Of a stretch of DNA of 47,029 nucleotides, positions 26,038-35,111 are shown one piece after another (within the stretch, counting starts at the first letter, position 1; every line of letters begins with the position of its first letter). Origin of the DNA: an uncultured Actinomycetaceae bacterium (GTDB lineage: Bacteria > Actinomycetota > Actinomycetes > Actinomycetales > Actinomycetaceae); assembly GCA_963537735.1 (NCBI GenBank), contig CAUTGT010000001.1, positions 1 through 47,029 on the forward strand, in the 5' to 3' direction. The notes below the pieces were generated by a model that was not told the origin of the DNA, did no database searches, and saw only the letters and a program-made list of their open reading frames with translations. Position numbers and translations under genes: made by a program.

Positions 26038-26104
26038 GCCCCCGACTCGCGCCGCGACGGCGCGGGCGGCCCCCCTCGAGCGATTCGAGAAAGGAACACA
26101 CCCA

Positions 26105-26605
26105 ATGCCCACCGAAACCACCGACCAGACGCCGGACACCACTGAGGCCGCCGCTGAGGAAACCCTCAACGAGGGCGGTGTCAAGGCCCTGCGCGCCGAA
26201 CGCGACGCCCGCAAGGCCGCCGACGCCCGCGTCAAGGACCTCGAAGCCCAGATCGCGGCCCTGACCGTGAGCCTCGACGAGACCAAGACCGCCGGGACCG
26301 TCGCCGCCGAACAGGCCGCCGCCCAGGTTGCGGAACTGCAGGCCAAGCTCGCCCGCGCCGAAGTAATCCACAGCATGAAGGTGCCTGACGCGCTCGCCGA
26401 CTTCCTGCAGGGCAACAACACCGAGGAGCTCACGGTGTCCGCCGAAAAGCTCCTCGCCGCGATCCCCGCCCCGGCCCCGGCCTCTGACGCGCAGCCCGCG
26501 CCGCTGGCCATGCGCCCCGACCCCTCGCAGGGCGGCACGCCCGAACCGGCAACCACAACGGACGCGCTGACGGCAATGCTGGTCGAGGCCGTCGGCGGGC
26601 GCTGA
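26105..26605 (+). CDS. Scaffolding protein
   Basis: GVKALRAERDARK coiled coil, PDPSQG; upstream of the capsid gene. Confidence 0.8.
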   Translation: MPTETTDQTPDTTEAAAEETLNEGGVKALRAERDARKAADARVKDLEAQIAALTVSLDETKTAGTVAAEQAAAQVAELQAKLARAEVIHSMKVPDALADFLQGNNTEELTVSAEKLLAAIPAPAPASDAQPAPLAMRPDPSQGGTPEPATTTDALTAMLVEAVGGR

Positions 26606-26661
26606 CACCCTGAGCAGCCCACCCCACACCAACAATCTCACGCTCGAAGGGAGCACCCACA

Positions 26662-27573
26662 ATGGCTATCACCAATCCCAAGAAGCTCGCCGATTTTAAC
26701 GGCTTTATCAAGCCGGAACTCGCCGGCCCTATTTTCGACGAGGCCGCCAAGGGTTCGGCCGCTATGTCCCTGATGAAGAAGGTCCCGCTCGGCGCGTCTG
26801 GCCAGGCTTTCCCCATCGTGACGGGCAAGCCGAGCGCCAACTGGACCGCTGAGGGCGCGAAGAAGCACACCACCGAGGCCTCCCTGGGTCTCGTGACCAT
26901 GCAGCCGAAGAAGCTGACGGCAATCGCCGTGGCTTCTCAGGAGGTTATTCGCGCGAACCCCGGCGGCTACTCTGAGACCCTGAAGTCCCTCCTCGCCGAC
27001 GCGTTCGCCCGCGCGTTCGACCTCGCCGTTTTCTTCGACAAGGGCGGCGACGGCACCGGAACCGGTCCGTTCGGCACCTCCCTGTGGGCCACCACCAAGT
27101 CCGTCACCCTGGGCGCCACCGCTGGCGCTAACGTCTACGACGACATCGTCAAGGCGATGGGCCTGAACCTGCAGGGCACCCCCAAGAAGCAGGTCAACGG
27201 CTTTGCTTTCGACACGGGCTTCGAGGTCGACCTCCTCACCACCAAGGACGCGTCGGGGCGCCCGCTTTTCGCCGAGGCCTCCTATGACGGCCTGATCCCC
27301 GCCCTGCGCTCGGGTTCTATCCTGGGCCGCCCCTCCTACCTGCACGAGAACGTCGGTCTGGACAAGACCGTCGGCTTCGCGGGCGACTGGACCAAGGCCG
27401 CGTGGGGCACTGTCGGCGGTATCACCATGGACGTGTCCACCGAGGCAACGGTCACCATCGGCGGCCAGCTCGTCTCCCTGTACGAGCAGAACCTCGTCGC
27501 CATCCGCGCCGAGGCCGAGTACGGCTTCGCGCTCGCCGACAAGGAAGCGTTCGTCAAGATCGTCCGTAAGTGA
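26662..27573 (+). CDS. Major capsid protein (HK97 fold)
   Basis: WTAEG, PKKLTAI, KDASGRPLF, GDW, YEQNLVAIRAEAEYGF. Confidence 0.92.
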   Translation: MAITNPKKLADFNGFIKPELAGPIFDEAAKGSAAMSLMKKVPLGASGQAFPIVTGKPSANWTAEGAKKHTTEASLGLVTMQPKKLTAIAVASQEVIRANPGGYSETLKSLLADAFARAFDLAVFFDKGGDGTGTGPFGTSLWATTKSVTLGATAGANVYDDIVKAMGLNLQGTPKKQVNGFAFDTGFEVDLLTTKDASGRPLFAEASYDGLIPALRSGSILGRPSYLHENVGLDKTVGFAGDWTKAAWGTVGGITMDVSTEATVTIGGQLVSLYEQNLVAIRAEAEYGFALADKEAFVKIVRK

Positions 27574-27710
27574 CCGAGGACGTCGCTCATTTGATGAGCC
27601 CGTCGGGTGACCACGTCGCCGTGCCCGCGAGTCAACTCCCGTACTGGGAGCGGCTCGGGTACGTGCAGCGTGGCCCCGGCGGGCTTGCCACACCCACCGA
27701 CGACGAGTGA
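27570..27710 (+). CDS. Small post-capsid protein (46 aa)
   Basis: GTG overlapping the capsid stop; VTEDVAHLMSPSG...WERLGY. Confidence 0.5.
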   Translation: MTEDVAHLMSPSGDHVAVPASQLPYWERLGYVQRGPGGLATPTDDE

Positions 27711-27723
27711 AAGGCGGCCAATC

Positions 27724-28131
27724 GTGGCCTACGCGACCGTAATCGACGTGGCGACCACACTGGGCCGCCCCATCACAGACCCCGACGAGCAGAACCAGAT
27801 CACCAACTGGATCAGCAAGACGGAGCGCATCATCAGCGCCCGCCTCGGCGACCTGAACAACCTTGACCGTCAGATCCTCGCCGACGTCATCAGTGAGGTC
27901 GTAGCCCGCCGAGCACGCAACCCTGACGGCAAGCGGAATGAACGGATCGACGACTACAGCTACACGCTCGACGCCGCCGCATCCGCTGTGGAGCTGACCC
28001 TCACCGCCGACGAATGGGCACGCCTCTCTCAGGACGGCTCCACATCTGGCGCATACATGCCGGTCCTGACCCCCGCGTCCTGGCTTGGGGGGCGTGACGC
28101 CGACACGACGCCGACGGGAGGCTGGGCATGA
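27724..28131 (+). CDS. Head-to-tail adaptor
   Basis: YATVIDVATTLGR...RNPDG...IDDYSY. Confidence 0.8.
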   Translation: MAYATVIDVATTLGRPITDPDEQNQITNWISKTERIISARLGDLNNLDRQILADVISEVVARRARNPDGKRNERIDDYSYTLDAAASAVELTLTADEWARLSQDGSTSGAYMPVLTPASWLGGRDADTTPTGGWA

Positions 28132-28520
28132 GCGCACGCACCGCTGTTCTCGCGGGCCGCAAGGCCGCCGAAGCCCTCATGGTCGACCGGGCGACCGTCA
28201 CCCGCCCGACCGTCACGGCAGTCAGCTACGGCCTCGACTCTATCGACGAGATCAACGAAACCCCCGTCTGGTCTGGCCCCTGCAAGGTGCAGACGTACGA
28301 GGCGCACGAGACCGCGGCGAACGCCGCCGGCGCCCTCGTCACCATCCAGCGGTACTCGATTCACCTACCGCATCATGTGGACGTTGTGCGCGTTGGTGAC
28401 CTGATCCGCGTCGAAGGGTACCTGTCCGTCTTCCGCGTGACGGGGCTGTTCGACAAGACGCACGTCACGTCTCGCCGCTTCCAGGTCGACGTGGAAACCA
28501 ACGGAGACGATTTGCTGTGA
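28128..28520 (+). CDS. Head-to-tail stopper (DUF6093-like)
   Basis: GRKAAEALMVD...WSGPCKVQ...KTHVTSRR; position. Confidence 0.7.
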   Translation: MSARTAVLAGRKAAEALMVDRATVTRPTVTAVSYGLDSIDEINETPVWSGPCKVQTYEAHETAANAAGALVTIQRYSIHLPHHVDVVRVGDLIRVEGYLSVFRVTGLFDKTHVTSRRFQVDVETNGDDLL

Positions 28521-28906
28521 CTGGTATCGAGATTGACACCACCGAGGTTAGGCAGATCGCCGCCGACGCAACCCGTCTCCCCGGCGAACTGTCCCGCTGG
28601 CTTAGGCCCGCCGTCAGCCGGGGCGCGCTGAACATCAAACGCGCCATGCAGGCAGACCTCGAAGCCTCGGGCAACGCGGGCATCCGCGCCGTCGCACGGT
28701 CCATCTCGTACGACCTCATCGATGGGGACCACACCATCGAGGCAGAGATCGGACCCGACAAGCCCTCGGGTGCCCTGGCGAATATTGCGTACTTCGGCAC
28801 CAGCCGGGGCGGCGGCCACACCCGCGACCCTATCGAACCGCTGAATGAGGAAGCCGAAGCCTTCCAAAAGGCCGTTGCTGACATCGTAGGAGAGCTATGG
28901 GGCTGA
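28517..28906 (+). CDS. Neck / tail-completion protein (HK97 gp10-like)
   Basis: SISYD...AEIGP...AYFGTS; position. Confidence 0.65.
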   Translation: MTGIEIDTTEVRQIAADATRLPGELSRWLRPAVSRGALNIKRAMQADLEASGNAGIRAVARSISYDLIDGDHTIEAEIGPDKPSGALANIAYFGTSRGGGHTRDPIEPLNEEAEAFQKAVADIVGELWG

Positions 28907-29334
28907 CACTCAGCATCATGAATCAGATGCGCTATCGGCTCGCCTCCCTTACGTCGTCGGGGGTGACTGTCAAAGCGTTCATCGGTGACCCGCCCGGCAA
29001 CCCCGGCATGCCGTTCGTTTTCGTGTGGGGCCCGCCCACGCACGCTAAGTCCGAGGCCATGGGCGGTTGCGGTGGGGATGTTGACGTGCGCCTGCATGTG
29101 CAGGTCGTCGCACCTACCACCGCGAACGTCTTGGACCTTGCAGATCAGGTGATCGCCGTCCTGAAAGGTGAGGTTCCAACGGTGCCCGACTGGCGTTGCT
29201 TCCCGCTCACGCACGTGGGCGTAACGGACGTGCGCTCGGACAACTCGACCGTGGGCGCGCCCGCGAACAGGGCGCCCCGCTACTGCACCGTAACGTTCCG
29301 CGTACAAGCCACCCCCGAAACGAAGGAGGACTGA
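28897..29334 (+). CDS. Tail terminator
   Basis: Position before the major tail gene; PFVFVW...VQVVA. Confidence 0.6.
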   Translation: MGLTLSIMNQMRYRLASLTSSGVTVKAFIGDPPGNPGMPFVFVWGPPTHAKSEAMGGCGGDVDVRLHVQVVAPTTANVLDLADQVIAVLKGEVPTVPDWRCFPLTHVGVTDVRSDNSTVGAPANRAPRYCTVTFRVQATPETKED

Positions 29335-29535
29335 ATGGTCACCGCATACAACACCCGAACCGGTGTTTTCCAGGACATCCCCGAGCACTGGATCGGGCAC
29401 CCGATCTGGGGTGAGGACTGGACGCTCACACCGCCACCCGAGGCCCGCGAACCCCTGTGTTGCGGCCAGGAGGAACCCACCGACGCCCCCGACAGTGGGG
29501 ACGACACCACCGACCACCTCAACGAAGGAGACTAA
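29335..29535 (+). CDS. Small hypothetical protein
   Basis: RBS AAGGAGG; IPEHWIGHPIWG. Confidence 0.55.
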   Translation: MVTAYNTRTGVFQDIPEHWIGHPIWGEDWTLTPPPEAREPLCCGQEEPTDAPDSGDDTTDHLNEGD

Positions 29536-29538
29536 ATC

Positions 29539-30063
29539 ATGGCAGGTGCAAAGACCCTCGCCGATGGCCGTATCGCCCTGTGGGCGCTCACTGCGAAGCC
29601 GTCGAGCATTGCGGCCCCCGCCGTCAGTGAAATCCAGGCCGGCAAGAAGATTTCGTGCCGAATCCTGAAGAACGATTACGCGCTCGGCGCTGAGTCGGAT
29701 ACGGAAATCGCCGAGCAGGAGATGTGTAAGAAGGGTGAGGGCAAAGCCCCCGGCCCTACGACTTACGCCGGCAACATCACCGTGCTTCGTTACCTCGACG
29801 AGGCGGGTAAGCCTGTCGCCGCCGACGACTTCGTCTGGGATCTCATCAAGAAGAAGGGCACCACGATCTGGCTTGTTGAGCGTGAAGGCCCGGACGAGTC
29901 CAAGGAGATCGCCGCCGATGACATCGTCAGCGTGTACGAGGTCGTCCTCGGTACGCCGACCAAGCCGTCCGACCGTTTCGCTGGATACATCAAGCGAACC
30001 GCGAAGCTGAACATCATGGACGCCGCCGAGGACGTCAAGGTCGCCTCTGCGGTTTTGGCCTGA
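29539..30063 (+). CDS. Major tail (tube) protein
   Basis: KTLADGR...AAPAVSEIQAG..ISC; strong RBS; precedes the chaperones and tape measure. Confidence 0.8.
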   Translation: MAGAKTLADGRIALWALTAKPSSIAAPAVSEIQAGKKISCRILKNDYALGAESDTEIAEQEMCKKGEGKAPGPTTYAGNITVLRYLDEAGKPVAADDFVWDLIKKKGTTIWLVEREGPDESKEIAADDIVSVYEVVLGTPTKPSDRFAGYIKRTAKLNIMDAAEDVKVASAVLA

Positions 30064-30177
30064 CCCCACTATCTCCCGCCCGGCAGGTTCCGTTCACGGG
30101 CTGCCAGACCTGCCGGGCGGGCCCCACCACACGCAGGCAGCCCACACCCGCACAGCTACACACCCTAGGAGTATGGC

Positions 30178-30705
30178 ATGGCAGCCGACGAAGAGCTCAC
30201 GATGAGCGACCTGAACCTCACGCACACCAACCCCACCGAGACCGTCACGCCCGAGACGTTCGACCTCGCGGCCTGGATCGCGGGAGTTACCCCCGTGCAG
30301 CGCACGGTGACCCTGTACGCGCGCGGTGACCTGTTCGCGGACCTGTCCGCCCTGGAAACGCGCTACGACGAGGCGAAGCGCGCCGCCAACGTCGACGACA
30401 TGCGCGCCCTCAAAGAGCAGATGCGCGCCGTTGCCGACCAGATCCGCGCCTCGGCCCTCGACATCACCGTTCAGGGCCGGAGCGCCGACTGGGTCCAGCG
30501 ATTCCGTAAGGACATGGACGAGCGCGGCGTCGACGGTGACCAGGCGACGCTCGAGCAGCTCGCCGCGCAGATCACCGCCCCCGAAGGCCTCACCGTGGAC
30601 ATGCTCGCCACGCTGCGCGACCGCATCGAACCGCAGGTCGTGGCCCTCGTGCAGGCGGTCGCCACTGTCAACACCATGAAGCCGACGATCTCGGTCCCTT
30701 CGTGA
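30178..30705 (+). CDS. Tail assembly chaperone (G)
   Basis: Position between the major tail and tape measure genes. Confidence 0.7.
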   Translation: MAADEELTMSDLNLTHTNPTETVTPETFDLAAWIAGVTPVQRTVTLYARGDLFADLSALETRYDEAKRAANVDDMRALKEQMRAVADQIRASALDITVQGRSADWVQRFRKDMDERGVDGDQATLEQLAAQITAPEGLTVDMLATLRDRIEPQVVALVQAVATVNTMKPTISVPS

Positions 30706-31046
30706 CGGAGTGCCTGGACCGGCCTGCCTGCTTGTGGCTGGTTCGGGCGCTCCGAAGCGCGAAGAAGTGGGGCCGCCGCCCGACCGAGTTCCTGGGCGTC
30801 CCCGGCGACACGTGGGGCGAAATGGACAGCACGCTCGCGGGCGCGCTCGACATGTACGAGGACACGCGCGTCGGCTCCTACGGGTACCCCAAGCGCCTCA
30901 CCGAAGGCGACTACGAGGGCTATTTCGAGGTGGAAGAACGCCAAGATAATGCCCAGATGGCCCTCGACCTGTGGCGCAAGAAGCACAAGAACGGCCCCGC
31001 GCCCGGCATGGTCCCGACGGTGGTGTTCACCGGCACCGAGGACTAA
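30702..31046 (+). CDS. Tail assembly chaperone extension (T), in the -1 frame
   Basis: Overlaps the G stop in the -1 frame; precedes the tape measure gene. Confidence 0.65.
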   Translation: MTECLDRPACLWLVRALRSAKKWGRRPTEFLGVPGDTWGEMDSTLAGALDMYEDTRVGSYGYPKRLTEGDYEGYFEVEERQDNAQMALDLWRKKHKNGPAPGMVPTVVFTGTED

Positions 31047-31107
31047 TCGCCGGGCGGGGCGCCCCGTCACATAGCGGCGCGGATCGCGCGCGGAAAGGCA
31101 AACGCCC

Positions 31108-34100
31108 ATGACTGAACGGTCAATTAAGGTCACCCTGCGCGCAAACGTCGCCGACTTCAACCGCCAAATCAAGAGCGCGGCAACAAGCCTCGACCAGCTC
31201 GCAGCGAAGGGCGACCCCACCGGTAAGGTCGCCGAAACCACGATGGGCCGCCTCACCCAGTCCGCTCAGCTACAGCGCGCAGCCTGGGACACCGCCTCGA
31301 CCGCCATGGTCGGCTACGGTGTCGCCGCGGCGGCCGCCGCCGGCTACGTCGTCAAGTCCTTCGCGGACTTCGACCAGGCCATGAGCAACGTGCAGGCGGC
31401 CACGCACGAGTCCGCCGAGAACATGGACCTCCTGCGCGAGGCTGCGATTCAGGCGGGCGCCGACACGGCGTTCAGCGCATCCGAAGCCGCTGGGGCAATC
31501 GAAGAGCTCGCCAAGGCCGGCGTTTCGACAGCTGACATCCTGAACGGCGGCCTCAAGGGATCGCTCGACCTGGCCGCCGCCGGCGGCATGGGGGTTGCCG
31601 ACGCCGCCGGAATCGCATCCGTTGCCCTGACCCAGTTCAAGCTCTCTGGCTCTGACGTCGGCCACGTCGCCGACCTCCTCGCCGCCGGCGCAGGCAAGGC
31701 CATGGGCGACGTCTCAGACCTCGGCGCGGCCCTCAAGCAGTCTGGCCTCGTCGCCTCCCAGACGGGCCTCAGCATCGAGGAAACAACGGGCGCGCTCGCG
31801 GCGTTCGCCGCCGCCGGCAACATCGGCTCGGACGCCGGCACCTCGTTTAAGACAATGCTCCTGCGACTGACCCCACAGTCTAAGCAGGCCGCGAAGACCA
31901 TGGAAGAGCTCGGCATTCACGCGTACGACGCGCAGGGGCAATTCGTCGGCCTCGCCAACTACGCGGGCCAGCTCCACGACAGCCTGTCAAAGCTCACCGC
32001 CGAGGATAGGCAGTCGGCCCTCAAAAAGATGTTCGGCGACGACGCTATCCGGTCGGCCTCGATCCTGTACGAGCAGGGCGCCCAGGGCATTCAGGAGTGG
32101 ATCGACAAGGTCAATGATGCGGGCTATGCGGCGGAAACCGCCGAGGCGCGCATGGACAACCTGAACGGCGATTTGGAGAAGCTCGGCGGCTCGTTCGAGA
32201 CCCTGTTTATCAAGAGCGGATCGGGCGCTAACGACTTCCTGCGTAGCCTTGTTCAGTTTGCTGAGCAGGCCGTCAACGCTTTCAGCGCGCTACCCGCGCC
32301 CGTGCAGCAGGGCGCGCTCGGTCTCGCGGCCTTCACCGCCGCCGCGACACTCACAGCGGGCGCCGGAATGAAGATTTTTACGACGATTACCGACGTGCGT
32401 ACCGCTTTGGCATCTCTGAACGGCTCGATCCCGTTCATTACCCGCATTGGCAGCGGTTTCGAGGCCATGCGCGGGGGCTTGTCGGACGCTCGCGGCGCTA
32501 TCAGCGGCTTCGGCAATGCGTGGGTGACCGCGCGCGCGAACGGCGTGTCAAATATCAGCGCGCTCGCGCAGGCAGCCGGTCCCGCTATGTCTGGTATCGG
32601 ACGCGCCGCGAAGGGCGCGGGATCTGCACTCATGGGTGCGTTCGGTGGCCCGTGGGGTCTTGCGGCGACCGTAGCACTCGGAGCGCTCACGAGCGCCCTG
32701 TCCGACTACCAGGCGAAGCAGGCGCGTGCGACGGCCATGGCTCAGGAGTTCGCCGAAACCCTGGACGCCGTGTCGAACGCGGCGACCGGCGCGACGCGCG
32801 GCGCGGCCTTGAAGCGCCTGAACGAGGACACCCGCACATTCTGGGGCGGACACCATTCCGGCGCATCGGCGTTCGAGAAGCTCGGCGGCGACATCAACGA
32901 CTACATTGACGCCGCCATGGGGTCCGAAGAAGCTAACGCCCGCGTCCGCGCCCTCCTGGACAACGTCAGCAAGACGAACTACCGGGGCCCCGGTCTGAGC
33001 ACGTGGGGTAAGGAAACCGCCGACGCTGTACATGACGCCCGACAAGCCCTGGACGAGACCCAGGCAGCCATGGGCAAGGCCGCCGAAATGAACAACCAGG
33101 CCGCCCGCGCCGGCGTCGGACACGCGTCCGCTCAGGACCAGCTCGCCGGCGCAGCCAACCGCGCCGCCCAGGCCATGGAGGACCAAGCGAAGGCGACGCA
33201 CGATCTGATCGACGCCCAAAAGACCCTGCAGGATATCATTTTGGGTGAGCGCGGTTCCTGGCGTGGCCTGTACGAGGCCATCGACGCGGCGAACGCCGCC
33301 GTCGAAAAAAACGGCCAGACACTCGACATCACCACGGCGGCGGGCCGCGCCAACCAAGCCGCGCTCGACGACCTCGCCAAGAGCGGCTGGGAACTGGTCG
33401 AATCCATGGAAAAAAACGGCGCCACCATGGAGGACATGCAGGCCGCCATGCAGACGACCCGCGACAACTTCATTGCGGTCGCCCAGGCCATGGGCTTGTC
33501 CGCCGACGACGCCGCCAACCTCGCCGATCAGTTGAACCTCATCCCGACGAACATCGAGTCGCACGTGACCGCTGAAACGGCAGCGGCGAACGCGTCCGTC
33601 GACGCGTTTATCGCCTACGTGCAGGCGCAGAACGGCGGCACAATCACCATCAACGCCGTCAACGACAGCGCGATTACAACCATTCTGGAAACCCTCGGCT
33701 ATGCGAAGAACCAGGACGGCACGATCACCATCGACGCGAACAGCGACCCGGCGGTGGCAAAGTTGGTCGCGTCTGTCGGCCAGGTCGACGCAGCGACCGG
33801 CACGGTCACCATCGACGGCAACAACGACCAGGCGAACGCCAAGCTCGACGCCATCAAGGCCGCAATCGACGGATACAGCCCTTACGTCAACATCAACGCC
33901 AACGATTACGTGTCGGGCAAGATGGAAGGCATCAAGGCCGCGTGGAATGGTCAAACCTGGTACGTGAACATCGTCGGCCAGTATTCGCAGAGCGGCGGCC
34001 CGTCAGCGCAGGCCGACGGGTCGGTCCTGTCCTTCTACGCGGGCGGCGGCTTCCACAGGGAACGCCACGTCGCGCAGATCGCCCCGGCGGGCGCCTGGCG

Positions 34101-34386
34101 CGTGTGGGCCGAACCCGAAACCGGCGGCGAAGGCTACATCCCGCTCGCCAAGTCCAAGCGCAAGCGCAGCGAGGCCATTCTCGGGCAGATTGCCGACATT
34201 TTCGGCGGTACCTACATCCCCGGCCACGCAACCCCCTACGCGACCGGCGGCGTGGGCGGGAACGCACCCGGCGCGGGGGCGGCGAACGTCCACGTCACGG
34301 CGATTGTCACCAACCCGTGGACGGGTGAGCAGACGCGCGCGTTCGCGCGAACCGAGGCCGTCAAGGTTGTGAGGAGTGTGCAGTAA
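31108..34386 (+). CDS. Tape measure protein (TP901-type core)
   Basis: 1092 aa, Ala-rich; FDQAMSNV, FSASEAAGAIEELAKAG, GSDAGTSFKTML, MDNLNGDL. Confidence 0.93.
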   Translation: MTERSIKVTLRANVADFNRQIKSAATSLDQLAAKGDPTGKVAETTMGRLTQSAQLQRAAWDTASTAMVGYGVAAAAAAGYVVKSFADFDQAMSNVQAATHESAENMDLLREAAIQAGADTAFSASEAAGAIEELAKAGVSTADILNGGLKGSLDLAAAGGMGVADAAGIASVALTQFKLSGSDVGHVADLLAAGAGKAMGDVSDLGAALKQSGLVASQTGLSIEETTGALAAFAAAGNIGSDAGTSFKTMLLRLTPQSKQAAKTMEELGIHAYDAQGQFVGLANYAGQLHDSLSKLTAEDRQSALKKMFGDDAIRSASILYEQGAQGIQEWIDKVNDAGYAAETAEARMDNLNGDLEKLGGSFETLFIKSGSGANDFLRSLVQFAEQAVNAFSALPAPVQQGALGLAAFTAAATLTAGAGMKIFTTITDVRTALASLNGSIPFITRIGSGFEAMRGGLSDARGAISGFGNAWVTARANGVSNISALAQAAGPAMSGIGRAAKGAGSALMGAFGGPWGLAATVALGALTSALSDYQAKQARATAMAQEFAETLDAVSNAATGATRGAALKRLNEDTRTFWGGHHSGASAFEKLGGDINDYIDAAMGSEEANARVRALLDNVSKTNYRGPGLSTWGKETADAVHDARQALDETQAAMGKAAEMNNQAARAGVGHASAQDQLAGAANRAAQAMEDQAKATHDLIDAQKTLQDIILGERGSWRGLYEAIDAANAAVEKNGQTLDITTAAGRANQAALDDLAKSGWELVESMEKNGATMEDMQAAMQTTRDNFIAVAQAMGLSADDAANLADQLNLIPTNIESHVTAETAAANASVDAFIAYVQAQNGGTITINAVNDSAITTILETLGYAKNQDGTITIDANSDPAVAKLVASVGQVDAATGTVTIDGNNDQANAKLDAIKAAIDGYSPYVNINANDYVSGKMEGIKAAWNGQTWYVNIVGQYSQSGGPSAQADGSVLSFYAGGGFHRERHVAQIAPAGAWRVWAEPETGGEGYIPLAKSKRKRSEAILGQIADIFGGTYIPGHATPYATGGVGGNAPGAGAANVHVTAIVTNPWTGEQTRAFARTEAVKVVRSVQ

Positions 34387-35111
34387 TGGCAGTCAAGGCG
34401 TGGATACACAGGGAGACGGGCTTGCCCTGTTTCTACCTGGACGGCCCCGACGCGGGCGCCGCCGTGTATGACGGGGACCGTCTCGTCAACCCCGCCGACA
34501 CGGCGAACCAGGCGTCGGCGTTCTGTGACCCGTTCGCGCCGCCCGGCGTGGCGACAACCTACACAGTAGGGAGCAGGCGGTTCACGCTCACCCGCCGCGG
34601 CGAAGGCTACGCAGTCACCAGCCTTGACTCACGTCAGCGGGCCGTCGTCTCCTACATCGGGGACGACGCCCGCGACTACGACACGCGCGCGACCGCGACG
34701 GACATCAACGCCCGCCGCACACCCGTCATCCGCTGGGCGGGCGTCGCCGCCGCCTACGCCGGGCGGCTCGAACTCCTCGCCTACGCTGAGGAAAGCGATC
34801 GCCTCGAACGCATCCTCGAAGCCCGCCAGCCGGTGATCGCCGTCCACTCGCACGACGCCTGCGATCTGCAGGACTGCGACATCCCCGCCGTCCGTGTCCT
34901 TGCAATCACGCACGCGACCAGTCAGCGGACGGGCCGCCGCGACCGGGTCCGCCGCCAATGGACGCTCGATTACAAACAGATCGACCTTAGCGAAGCGTCG
35001 GGCCTCCTCGGGAACGTCCCCGTCGTCACGTGGGGCGCGTGGGACGCGCGCTCGAAGTGGCGAGGCCGCTCCTACGTTGACCTCCTGCGCGAATACGCGG
35101 GGATGCCATGA
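34386..35111 (+). CDS. Minor tail protein (distal tail-like)
   Basis: Directly after the tape measure gene. Confidence 0.65.
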   Translation: MAVKAWIHRETGLPCFYLDGPDAGAAVYDGDRLVNPADTANQASAFCDPFAPPGVATTYTVGSRRFTLTRRGEGYAVTSLDSRQRAVVSYIGDDARDYDTRATATDINARRTPVIRWAGVAAAYAGRLELLAYAEESDRLERILEARQPVIAVHSHDACDLQDCDIPAVRVLAITHATSQRTGRRDRVRRQWTLDYKQIDLSEASGLLGNVPVVTWGAWDARSKWRGRSYVDLLREYAGMP

